A stretch of 64,000 bases of DNA from an uncultured delta proteobacterium (lineage in GTDB: Bacteria; Myxococcota; Kuafuiibacteriia; Kuafuiibacteriales; Kuafuiibacteriaceae), in NCBI GenBank assembly GCA_963803435.1, contig CAWDML010000001.1, positions 416,001-480,000 on the forward strand, written 5' to 3'. A program made the position numbers and the translations under genes. Every line of letters starts with the position of its first letter. The first letter of the stretch is position 1. A model generated the notes under the pieces. It made no database searches. It was not told where the DNA came from and saw nothing but the letters and a program-made list of their open reading frames with translations. Positions 10,694 to 18,810 of this stretch are shown here, one piece after another.

Positions 10694-12006
10694 GCAAGAG
10701 ATCCCTCGAGCGCTCGACGCTGCTCGCCGTCACGACAGCGTTCTGGTGCTGCGGATGCATCTCGATCTTCGACGCGCCGCTGCACCTTCCGGGGCCTCCA
10801 CCCGGCGGCTCGGACGCGGGCGACGCCGGCATCACCGCGGAGATCGACGGCGGCGACGAGCACGACATGGGCACCGAGTCGCCGAACGACGCCGGCGACG
10901 CCGGTGTCGAGGATCGGGGGATCGTTGATTCGGGAGCGAAGGACGCCGGGCCGGACAGCGGCGAGCCCGCCTACGACTGTCCCGGCCGGATCATCTACGT
11001 CTCTCCGCTCGGAGACGACGGCGAGACGGGAGAGAGCGAGGGCGCCGCGCTGGCGACGATCAACCAAGCGCTCGCGCGCGCGCTCGCCGGCGACTGCGTG
11101 CGGCTCGCCGCGGGCGACTACCTCCAGGACGTCCGGACCGTCCGCGACGGCGCCGCCGGGGCGCCCATCACCGTCTTCGGCACTCCTGACGCAGTGGTGC
11201 GCGGAGGCGGACAGTCCCGGATCTTCGAGATCAACCACGACTACATCCGGCTGGACGGCTTCACGATCGACGGCCTGGCCGGCACGAATCCCGACCTGGT
11301 GGACAGCTACCGCAAGAAGCTCATCTACATCGTCGGGATCACGATCGGCGATCCGCTGGTCGGTGTGCTGATCGAGAACATGAGCCTGCGAAACGCGCGC
11401 GACGAGTGCGTCAGGCTGAGGTACTTCGCGCAGGGCAACACCGTCGCCTACAACCACATCGAGAACTGCGGGCTCGAGGACTTCCGCTTCGGCGGTACCG
11501 GATCGAACGGCGAAGGCGTGTACATCGGCACGTCACCGTCGCAGCGCATCGAGAATCCGACCAACGAAGTCGACGACTCCAGTCAGAACCACATCCATCA
11601 CAACGTCTTCATGAACATGTCCGAGTGCGTGGACCTCAAGGAGGGCGCCGACGACAACCTGATCGAGTACAACGAATGCTCGATCGCGGTCGATCCGAAC
11701 TCCGGTGCGATCAACGCCCGCGCCAACCGCAATCGGTTTCACGCGAACCGGCTCTTCGGCAACAGCGGCGCCGGGATTCGCCTGGGCGGCACCGCGGAGA
11801 CCGACGGTACGCCGAACGGCGTCGACAACAACATCACGTGCAACTTCATCAACAACAACCAGGAAGGGATCAAGTTCCAGACGGCCCCGCAGGCCGAGGT
11901 CTGCGGCAACGAGATGCCGACGAACCAGAGCGGCGGGTCAACCAGTACCTTCGGTGCGGCGTTCCAGCCCGAGCAGCCCTGCACGCCCGATTGTGAGATG
12001 AGATGA
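10690..12006 (+). CDS. Secreted right-handed beta-helix (pectin-lyase-like, DUF1565-type) protein
   Basis: Own ATG and hydrophobic Cys-containing signal (LLAVTTAFWCCGC); acidic DAG linker; IYVSPLGDD...ATINQALARALAGDCVRLAAGDY; Asn-rich PbH repeats, GEGVYIG and ECVDLKEG. Confidence 0.78.
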   Translation: MSKRSLERSTLLAVTTAFWCCGCISIFDAPLHLPGPPPGGSDAGDAGITAEIDGGDEHDMGTESPNDAGDAGVEDRGIVDSGAKDAGPDSGEPAYDCPGRIIYVSPLGDDGETGESEGAALATINQALARALAGDCVRLAAGDYLQDVRTVRDGAAGAPITVFGTPDAVVRGGGQSRIFEINHDYIRLDGFTIDGLAGTNPDLVDSYRKKLIYIVGITIGDPLVGVLIENMSLRNARDECVRLRYFAQGNTVAYNHIENCGLEDFRFGGTGSNGEGVYIGTSPSQRIENPTNEVDDSSQNHIHHNVFMNMSECVDLKEGADDNLIEYNECSIAVDPNSGAINARANRNRFHANRLFGNSGAGIRLGGTAETDGTPNGVDNNITCNFINNNQEGIKFQTAPQAEVCGNEMPTNQSGGSTSTFGAAFQPEQPCTPDCEMR

Positions 12007-12908
12007 TGAAAGCGGCGATCGTTGCCTGTGTATTGCTCCTGCCGCGGACGGCGCGCTCCCAGGAGGACGACGCGCCCCGCACCGCAGCGGCCGCGCGCGC
12101 GTTCCAGGCTGGCCAGAAAGCTCAGCTGATGGGCCATCACCAGGAGGCGGCGGAGAAGTACGAGCTCGCCGACGAGCTGCTCCCCACTCCGGAGGCCCTC
12201 CGCAGCGCGCTCCGGGCACGACTCGCGGCCGGCGACCTGGAGATCGCCGCGTCTCACGCCGAAGCCCTGGCCTCTCGTTGCGGGACGGACCAGTGCCGCG
12301 AGTATCCGCAGTCGGTCCTGGAGAAGCTTCGGGCCGAGCTCACCGGGGTGACGCTCGAGTGCAAGGAACCTTGCGCCATTTCGCTGGAGGGACGCCCGCT
12401 CATCACCGGCTCGGCGCTGCACCAGCGCTTCTTCGTCCGCCCCGGCGCGACCCAGGTCGATGCGATCTTCGACGACGGCGCCACCTGCGCCCTCACGGTC
12501 GAGGGGACCGCGGGGGGCGAGCTGGAGCTGACCGCGGAGCCGCCGATCGTCGAGCCGCCTCCTCCACCGCCGATCGCGCCACCGATCGCGCCACCGATCG
12601 CAGTGCCGGAGCCGAGCCCGCCGCCGGCCGTGCCGCCGCCGGTCGCCCTCGCCGAGGAGGAGGCGCACGGCGGTGTCCACCCTGTCGTTCCGATCCTCGG
12701 TCTGGTGGTCGCGGCCGGCCTGGGGGGCGCGGCCGGATGGTCGGTCGTCGACACGATGAACGCGCACGACACCTACACCGCCATGCCGACGGCGGACGGC
12801 TGGGACGACGGACGGGCGCGAGACACGCGGAGCAACGTGCTGCTCTACAGCGCAGTCGGGACGGCGGCGCTCTCGGCCCTGGTCGCGATCTTCTGGACGG
12901 ACTGGTGA
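12003..12908 (+). CDS. Exported TPR-like / PEGA-like protein with Pro-rich linker and two C-terminal hydrophobic segments
   Basis: Signal peptide, helical N-domain (AARAFQAGQKA...EAAEKYELA), beta region, PPPIA repeats and two TM-like stretches; coupled start. Confidence 0.65.
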   Translation: MMKAAIVACVLLLPRTARSQEDDAPRTAAAARAFQAGQKAQLMGHHQEAAEKYELADELLPTPEALRSALRARLAAGDLEIAASHAEALASRCGTDQCREYPQSVLEKLRAELTGVTLECKEPCAISLEGRPLITGSALHQRFFVRPGATQVDAIFDDGATCALTVEGTAGGELELTAEPPIVEPPPPPPIAPPIAPPIAVPEPSPPPAVPPPVALAEEEAHGGVHPVVPILGLVVAAGLGGAAGWSVVDTMNAHDTYTAMPTADGWDDGRARDTRSNVLLYSAVGTAALSALVAIFWTDW

Positions 12909-14419
12909 GCGTGTCCAAGCCCAGGATCGGCCGGTACGAGCTGCTGGCCCGGATCGGCAAGGGCGGGATGGCGACCGTGTACCTGGCACGGACCTACGCC
13001 GACCCCTTCGCGAGGTTGCTCGCGATCAAGCTCCTGCACGAGGACGTCGCCGGCGAGCCGGAGCTCGTCGCTCTCTTCCTGCGAGAGGCGGAGATCGCGT
13101 CGCGAATCCAGCACATCAACATCGTCCCGCTCCTCGAGGTCGGCTTCCACGAGAGCGCGCCCTTCTTGGTGATGGACTACGTGGAGGGCAGCTCGCTCTC
13201 GGCGCTCCTGACCGAGTCTCCGGACGTGCGGAGCCCGCGGTTGATTGTCCCGATCATCCTCGACGCGCTCAACGGCCTGGCCGCGGTGCACGGGTTGAGA
13301 GACGACAACGGCGACTCGCTCCGGCTGGTGCATCGCGACGTGTCGCCGGGAAATCTGATGGTCGGCATCGACGGCGCGTGTCGGCTGACCGACTTCGGTG
13401 TGGCCCGGTGGCCGGCCAATCAGGACCTGACGCAGCCCGGGACGATCCGCGGCACACCGGGCTACATGGCGCCCGAACAGGTCGCAGCCCGCGAGGTAGA
13501 CGCGCGCGCTGATCTCTTCTCGGTCGGCGTGATCCTCTGGACCGCGCTCACCGGCCGCTCGCTCTTCAAGGGCGAGAACCTCCCCGCGACGCTCTTCAAC
13601 GTGCTCCAGCGGCGCATTCCGCGCCCGAGCGAGGTGGGGCTGCGCCCGCCGCCGTGCTTCGACGAGATCTGCCTGCGCGCACTGCAGCGGGATCCGAACA
13701 AGCGCTACTTCTCCGCGCTCGAGATGGCCGAAGCGCTGCGCGCGGTGGCGGTCCGCGAGGGGCTGCTCGGGAGCCCGAACGAGGTCGCCCAGTGGACCAC
13801 CGAGGTCTTCGGCCCGCGCCTCACCGAGCGCCGGCGCGCGGTCGCACAGGTGGTGAAGACGGCCTCGGTCGGCGTCGTGGAGGATGACCAGGAGGTTCAC
13901 TCGCCGGCATCGCTGTCCAGCCTGCCGCCGATCCTCTCGATCGTGCCGCAGTCGGGCTCGACGCCCACACTCGACGAGCTCAGGACCGGCGTCGGCCATC
14001 TTCCTCAGGGCGCGACGATGACGTCGTATCCGTCTCTCCAGATCGAGGTCGAGTCGGAGCGGCGGCGCGGGCACAAGGCGTGGCTCGCCCTGCCCTTGCT
14101 GGCGCTGGCCGGGGCCGCGCTGGTCTTCGCGCTCCGCGGAGAGGAGCCCGACCCGCCGCCACCCGCACCGCCGCCGCCGCCTGCCCTCGCCGGGGCGGTG
14201 GAGCGGCCTCCGGTCGCGGCCGTGCCCAAGCCACCAGAGCCGGAGCCGGAGCTGGAGGAGCCCGTGGAGACGCCGCCGCCCGAGGTCGAGAGAAGGCCGG
14301 CGCCCAAAGCGCGGCGCGCGAAACGACACCGGGCCGCGCTCGTGCCCGACGCCGGCGCACCCGCCCCCGTCGAAGATGACGTCCTCGAGCGCAACCCGTA
14401 CCTGAGGAGCAGCGAATGA
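12905..14419 (+). CDS. Membrane Ser/Thr protein kinase (Hanks type)
   Basis: GKGGMATVY, AIK, HRDVSPGN, DFG, GTPGYMAPE and DLFSVG; one TM helix followed by a Pro-rich tail; GTGA overlap at 12905. Confidence 0.93.
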   Translation: MSVSKPRIGRYELLARIGKGGMATVYLARTYADPFARLLAIKLLHEDVAGEPELVALFLREAEIASRIQHINIVPLLEVGFHESAPFLVMDYVEGSSLSALLTESPDVRSPRLIVPIILDALNGLAAVHGLRDDNGDSLRLVHRDVSPGNLMVGIDGACRLTDFGVARWPANQDLTQPGTIRGTPGYMAPEQVAAREVDARADLFSVGVILWTALTGRSLFKGENLPATLFNVLQRRIPRPSEVGLRPPPCFDEICLRALQRDPNKRYFSALEMAEALRAVAVREGLLGSPNEVAQWTTEVFGPRLTERRRAVAQVVKTASVGVVEDDQEVHSPASLSSLPPILSIVPQSGSTPTLDELRTGVGHLPQGATMTSYPSLQIEVESERRRGHKAWLALPLLALAGAALVFALRGEEPDPPPPAPPPPPALAGAVERPPVAAVPKPPEPEPELEEPVETPPPEVERRPAPKARRAKRHRAALVPDAGAPAPVEDDVLERNPYLRSSE

Positions 14420-15594
14420 CCGAGGGGGGAGAGTTCGACGCCGCCTACTGGGCGCTCGAGTCCGACCCCGCCAACCCGAGACGTTGGTTCGAGGTCGGGT
14501 GCAGGCTTCTGCGTCACGCGGGCGCATCGCACGTGGACCTGAACCCGCTCGAGCGCGCGGCGGGGCGCTTTGCGCTGCTGGCGGCGGCGGAGATCGGACA
14601 GGAGGACGCTGCCACCAGCTTCGAGCTTGGCCGCCGGCTCGAGTCGTGCGGCGAGCTCGAGGCGGCGAGTCGAGCGTATCTGCGCGCCGCCAGCCTCGAG
14701 ACGGTCCGTCCGGAGCCTTGTGAACGTGCCGCCGCGTTGCTGGCCCGTCTCGGCCGCGCCGAGGACGTCGAGCGCTGGGCGTGCGCCGGGCTCGAGCGCG
14801 CGCGGAATCAGGACGCGCCCTCTTCGATGTTGACCTCGCTCGCCAACAGTCTCCTGCGGGCCGGACGATCCGCGAAGGCCGTCGAGGTCCTCGAGCACAT
14901 CGTCGAGACGAACCCGAGCGATTCGCAGGCGCTCTCGAACCTGGCCGTGGCGTTGCGACGGAGCGGCAACGCGGAGCGATCGGTGACGATGGCGGAGCGC
15001 GCGGTCGAGCTGGCCAGAGAGGCTCCCGACCCCTATCTGGTCCTCGGTCGCAGCCTCGAAGCAGCGCAGCGCCCCGAGGAGGCGCGGCGCGCCTACCAGC
15101 AGGCGATCGCCCGCGGCGTCGCCACGGTGGCAGCGCAGGAGGCGGCGGCTCGACTGGAGCGGCTCGATCGCGGCGCGCTACCTGCGCCCGACACCGGCAC
15201 CTTCTCCAACCGGACGAACGGCGACGGGACCTTCTCCGGCGACCTGGTGGTCCTCGCCGTGCCGGAGCTCCTCGAGGTGCTGCGGCTGCAATCGGCCACC
15301 GGCGAGCTCTACCTCTGGATGGACAACCGTGGCATCCGGCTCGAGCTCGCCCGCGGTCGGATCGTCGGCGCGACGGCGCCCGACGGCGCCCGGCTGACGG
15401 CGCCCGCCGACGTCGACGCGCCCGGTGCCGAGCCCTTCATCGCGCTGATCTCCGAGCTGGTGGGCTGGGGTCAAGGTCACTTCGAGTTCATGCGAACGGC
15501 CGAGGGTCTGGAGCGCTCGGGCGGCCTCGACGCGCAGTTCCTCCTGATGGAAGCGATGCGCGCGCTCGACGAAGCCGGCCGCGGGAATCCTTGA
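14416..15594 (+). CDS. TPR-repeat protein with C-terminal DUF4388-like domain
   Basis: TPR helices (ALSNLAVALRRSG, YLVLGRSLEAA); C-terminal FSGDL...PELLEVLRLQSATGEL...GRIVGA...WGQGHFEF...LLMEAMRALDE. Confidence 0.78.
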   Translation: MTEGGEFDAAYWALESDPANPRRWFEVGCRLLRHAGASHVDLNPLERAAGRFALLAAAEIGQEDAATSFELGRRLESCGELEAASRAYLRAASLETVRPEPCERAAALLARLGRAEDVERWACAGLERARNQDAPSSMLTSLANSLLRAGRSAKAVEVLEHIVETNPSDSQALSNLAVALRRSGNAERSVTMAERAVELAREAPDPYLVLGRSLEAAQRPEEARRAYQQAIARGVATVAAQEAAARLERLDRGALPAPDTGTFSNRTNGDGTFSGDLVVLAVPELLEVLRLQSATGELYLWMDNRGIRLELARGRIVGATAPDGARLTAPADVDAPGAEPFIALISELVGWGQGHFEFMRTAEGLERSGGLDAQFLLMEAMRALDEAGRGNP

Positions 15595-15630
15595 CAGGAC
15601 CGTGCCGCGCCCCGGAGATCGTCGGCGAAG

Positions 15631-17025
15631 ATGTCCGAGCCCAGCGCCTCACGCGCCGTCATTGTCGGTGTTCAGCTGCGCTCGGTCACCGACGACGAGC
15701 GCGCGGCCTCGCTCGAGGAGCTGGCTCGCCTCGCCAAGACGCTGGGCCTCGAGGTGATCGCGACGATCACCCAGAAACGACCTCAGCTCTCGAAGGCTGC
15801 GGTGGTCGGCCCCGGCAAGCTGAAGGAGATCGCGCGGTTCACCGGCGGCTCGGGCGTGGTCCCTCCGGGCGCGAAGAAGAAGTTGAAGAAGGCGCCGTAC
15901 CGTCCGGACGAAGAGACGCCGGAGGCCGAGGAGGCCGAGGAGCCCGAAGAGCCAGAGGAAACGCTCGACGCCTCGGAGGTCGCGGTGCCCGAGGAGGCCC
16001 GCGCAGGCGTCGTGTTGGTCGATCACGATCTGTCGCCCTCGCAGGCCCGCAACTTCGAGCGGGCCGTCGGCGTCGAGGTGTTCGATCGGACCGCGGTGAT
16101 CCTCGCGATCTTCCAGCGTCACGCCCGAACGCGGGAGGCGCGGATCGAGGTCGAGATCGCGCGGCTCACCTACATGGCGCCGCGCCTGCGCGAGGTCGGC
16201 GGCGGCGGTGATCGTCAGCGCGGCGGGATCGGGGGGCGAGGCGCGGGCGAGTCGAGCCTCGAGCTCGATCGGCGAAAGGTGCGAGATCGGATCGCAGAGC
16301 TCAGAGAGGAGCTCACCGGCATCGAGCACACGGCGCAGACGCGCGCTCGCCGTCGCCAGTCGATGAACACCGCGGCGTTGGTCGGCTACACCAACGCGGG
16401 CAAGTCGTCGCTGATGCGCGCGCTCACCGGGAGCGAGGTTCTGGTCGAGGACAAGCTGTTCGCGACGCTGGATACCACCATCCGAGCGCTCCAGCCCGAG
16501 GTGAAGCCGCGGATCCTGATCTCCGACACCGTCGGATTCATCAAGAAGCTCCCCCACGGGCTCGTCGCCTCGTTCCGGGCGACGCTCGAGATTGCGCGCG
16601 ACGCGGATCTCCTCCTCCACGTGGTCGACGTCTCGGATGCGGCCTTTCGCGCCCACATCGAGGTCACCCGCCTGGCGCTGCGCGAGATCGGCGCGGACAC
16701 CCAGCCGGTGTTGCTGCTCTTGAACAAGGTCGATCGCCTCGACCCCGCACGCCTCGACGCGATCCGGGCCGAGCTCCCCGAGGCCGTCCTGATGTCGGCG
16801 CTGCGACCCTCGGACGTCGAGGGCCTGCACCGGAGGATCGTCGGGTTCTTCGAGAAGGAGATGATCGACGAGGACATCTTCGTGCCGTACGAGCACTCGT
16901 CGAAGATCAACGACGTCCACCAGAGCTGCCGCGTCCTGTCCGAGACCTACGAGGACCTGGGCGTGCGCATGCGGGTGCGCGCGCATCCGCCGACGGTGGC
17001 GCGCCTCCGGATCAGCGGCCCATGA
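15631..17025 (+). CDS. hflX: Ribosome-splitting GTPase HflX
   Basis: SLEELARLAKT, LSPSQARN, DRTAVILAIFQRHARTREA, GYTNAGKSS, LFATLD, DTVGF and NKVD. Confidence 0.95.
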   Translation: MSEPSASRAVIVGVQLRSVTDDERAASLEELARLAKTLGLEVIATITQKRPQLSKAAVVGPGKLKEIARFTGGSGVVPPGAKKKLKKAPYRPDEETPEAEEAEEPEEPEETLDASEVAVPEEARAGVVLVDHDLSPSQARNFERAVGVEVFDRTAVILAIFQRHARTREARIEVEIARLTYMAPRLREVGGGGDRQRGGIGGRGAGESSLELDRRKVRDRIAELREELTGIEHTAQTRARRRQSMNTAALVGYTNAGKSSLMRALTGSEVLVEDKLFATLDTTIRALQPEVKPRILISDTVGFIKKLPHGLVASFRATLEIARDADLLLHVVDVSDAAFRAHIEVTRLALREIGADTQPVLLLLNKVDRLDPARLDAIRAELPEAVLMSALRPSDVEGLHRRIVGFFEKEMIDEDIFVPYEHSSKINDVHQSCRVLSETYEDLGVRMRVRAHPPTVARLRISGP

Positions 17026-18679
17026 TCGCGTCGATCACCGGGAGGACGCCCAGCCTGCGGTCGACGGCGCGCGGGCTGTAGCGACCGTCCGCGACGTACA
17101 TCCCCCCGTGGTAGAGGTTCGTGCCCGCCGTGACGTACGCGCTCGCCCGACCTCTGTGCCGGTATCCGAAGCCGTTGTACCGCTCGGCGAAGGCCGCCAT
17201 CGCGGCGCGATCGGTCGAGCGATAGTTGAGGCCGAGCTGGTTCGCCGCCGCCCTCTTCTGCTTGAGGGCGTGGGTGGCGGCCTCGACGAACTGGTCCTTG
17301 CGGAAGAAGATGCCCCTCGGTACCTGCGTGGTGCGTCTTCCCAGGCGCTGGCCGTTGTGGAGATAGCGATCGGTTCGCATCCTGCTGTCCTCGCGGTACC
17401 AGATCCCCGCCACCACCGCCGGCGGTAGGTTGGCCTTTCGCCCGATCTCGTCGACGAGCTGGCGACGGGTCGTGACCCGACCGTTCACCGTCACGGGCTC
17501 GTCGAGCTTCTTCGCGACCTTGGCCGCTTCTCCAGGCCGAGTGGTGCGCCCGAGCCCCGCGGAGAACTTCTGTTGATAGTCGCGGTACGCCCGCGCGACG
17601 TCCCGGTTCCCGCGATCGAGCAGGGGCGGCGTGCCGTTCGCGGGCGCCGGATCGTTCGCCGCCGGGGCCGGGTCCTGCGCGGCGGGCGCGCGCTCGAGCG
17701 GACGGGCCGGCGGGCGGCTGGTCCCGTCGGACAGCACCACCATGCTCATCTCTTTCCGGCGGTCGATGACCTTGCCCGACTCCTTCCCTGCGTGGACGAG
17801 GTTCCCGTTGTTCGGATCGACGTAGAACCGGTTGTCCTTCCCCTTCGAGGGATGGGTCGTGGAGGGGTCGTGGTACGTGTAGTACTGGCGGCCCTGCGCG
17901 TCGGTGCCGCGGCCGTTCACCAGGACGAAGTGGTCGGTCACGCCGTCGCGATTGCCCTGGTAGCCGCCCTTGTAGGAGACGCCCACGGCCACCGGGCGAC
18001 CCGCGTCGAGCTGGCGATCGATGTAGTCCCGGGCCTGCTGCGTGCGCTGCGGATCCGTGCGCACATGTCCGCTCCGATCCTCGCCGGTCGCCACCTGGAT
18101 CCGGTTGGCCGTCGAGTCGGGGACCTGGACACCGGCGGTCCTCGCCATCGACTGCACCGCCCGGTAGCAGGCGGTCTTGCCAGCACGCGCGACCCGCTTG
18201 CTGTCGAATTGATCGATGAACTTGGCCTCGGTCTTCACGTCGGGCTTCGCAGCCGCCGGCGGGCTGCCGCGGGGATCGGACAGGCTGCTGGCTTTGACCG
18301 AGCCCTCCGGATCGGGCGCGTTGTCCTGGGGTGCGCGCTCCACAGGTTCGGTCGCGTTGCGCCGGTAGCTATCTCGCGGGTTGAACCCGGCGGGCTGCGG
18401 CTGCGGCTGCGCGTTGCCGCCGCCGAGGGGCGACGGCTGAGCGCCACCCATCGGTCCCTGGGCGCTCTGCTTTTGCTGCTGCTTCCTCGCCCTCGACGCC
18501 GAGGCGAGCATCCCGAGCAGCTGCAGCAGGCTCTCGAGGCCGTCCTCCGAGGTGTCGATCCCCAGCGTGTTCAACATCGATCGGACCTCGTCGAGCGTCT
18601 GCTGGGACGTCATCCCCGAGAGCGCAGCGCTCCGCAGGGAGGAGGTTCGGCCTGTCGAGAGTACGCGGGCGTCGAGCAT
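17012..18679 (-). CDS. Putative two-domain peptidoglycan hydrolase: papain-like Cys-His-Asp domain plus C-terminal lysozyme-family (COG5526-like) domain
   Basis: TACYRA...LDAGRPVAVGV...TDHFVLVNG...YHDP; then GIWYRE...YLHNGQ...AERYNGFGY...SAYVTAGTNLYHGGMYVADG...DRRLG. Start at ATG 18679 is inferred. Confidence 0.7.
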   Translation of the reverse strand: MLDARVLSTGRTSSLRSAALSGMTSQQTLDEVRSMLNTLGIDTSEDGLESLLQLLGMLASASRARKQQQKQSAQGPMGGAQPSPLGGGNAQPQPQPAGFNPRDSYRRNATEPVERAPQDNAPDPEGSVKASSLSDPRGSPPAAAKPDVKTEAKFIDQFDSKRVARAGKTACYRAVQSMARTAGVQVPDSTANRIQVATGEDRSGHVRTDPQRTQQARDYIDRQLDAGRPVAVGVSYKGGYQGNRDGVTDHFVLVNGRGTDAQGRQYYTYHDPSTTHPSKGKDNRFYVDPNNGNLVHAGKESGKVIDRRKEMSMVVLSDGTSRPPARPLERAPAAQDPAPAANDPAPANGTPPLLDRGNRDVARAYRDYQQKFSAGLGRTTRPGEAAKVAKKLDEPVTVNGRVTTRRQLVDEIGRKANLPPAVVAGIWYREDSRMRTDRYLHNGQRLGRRTTQVPRGIFFRKDQFVEAATHALKQKRAAANQLGLNYRSTDRAAMAAFAERYNGFGYRHRGRASAYVTAGTNLYHGGMYVADGRYSPRAVDRRLGVLPVIDAIMGR

Positions 18680-18692
18680 GCGCCGGAGTGAG

Positions 18693-18708
18693 TGCAACCT
18701 GCGCACCA
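18693..18708 (-). promoter_or_regulatory. Sigma54 (-24/-12)-like promoter
   Basis: Minus strand reads TGGTGCGCAGGTTGCA, with GG-N10-GC spacing, just upstream of ATG 18679. Confidence 0.55.
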
Positions 18709-18810
18709 CGTAACAGAACACATGGCGTGACAGTTGACCTGCGACCTCGATGCTTCAATCGAGGCATCGCGAGCGCAGTTTCACGATGCGGTCGACCGCC
18801 GGGACGCGCG

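Noticed and set aside
6397-12006. Single 1869-aa ORF
   Set aside because: An internal second signal peptide and an out-of-frame natural C-terminus with ATGA overlap indicate two genes joined by a frameshift.
15591-15619. TTGACA upstream of hflX
   Set aside because: It overlaps the upstream stop codon and has no credible -10 at 17 bp; GGAGAT looks more like an RBS.
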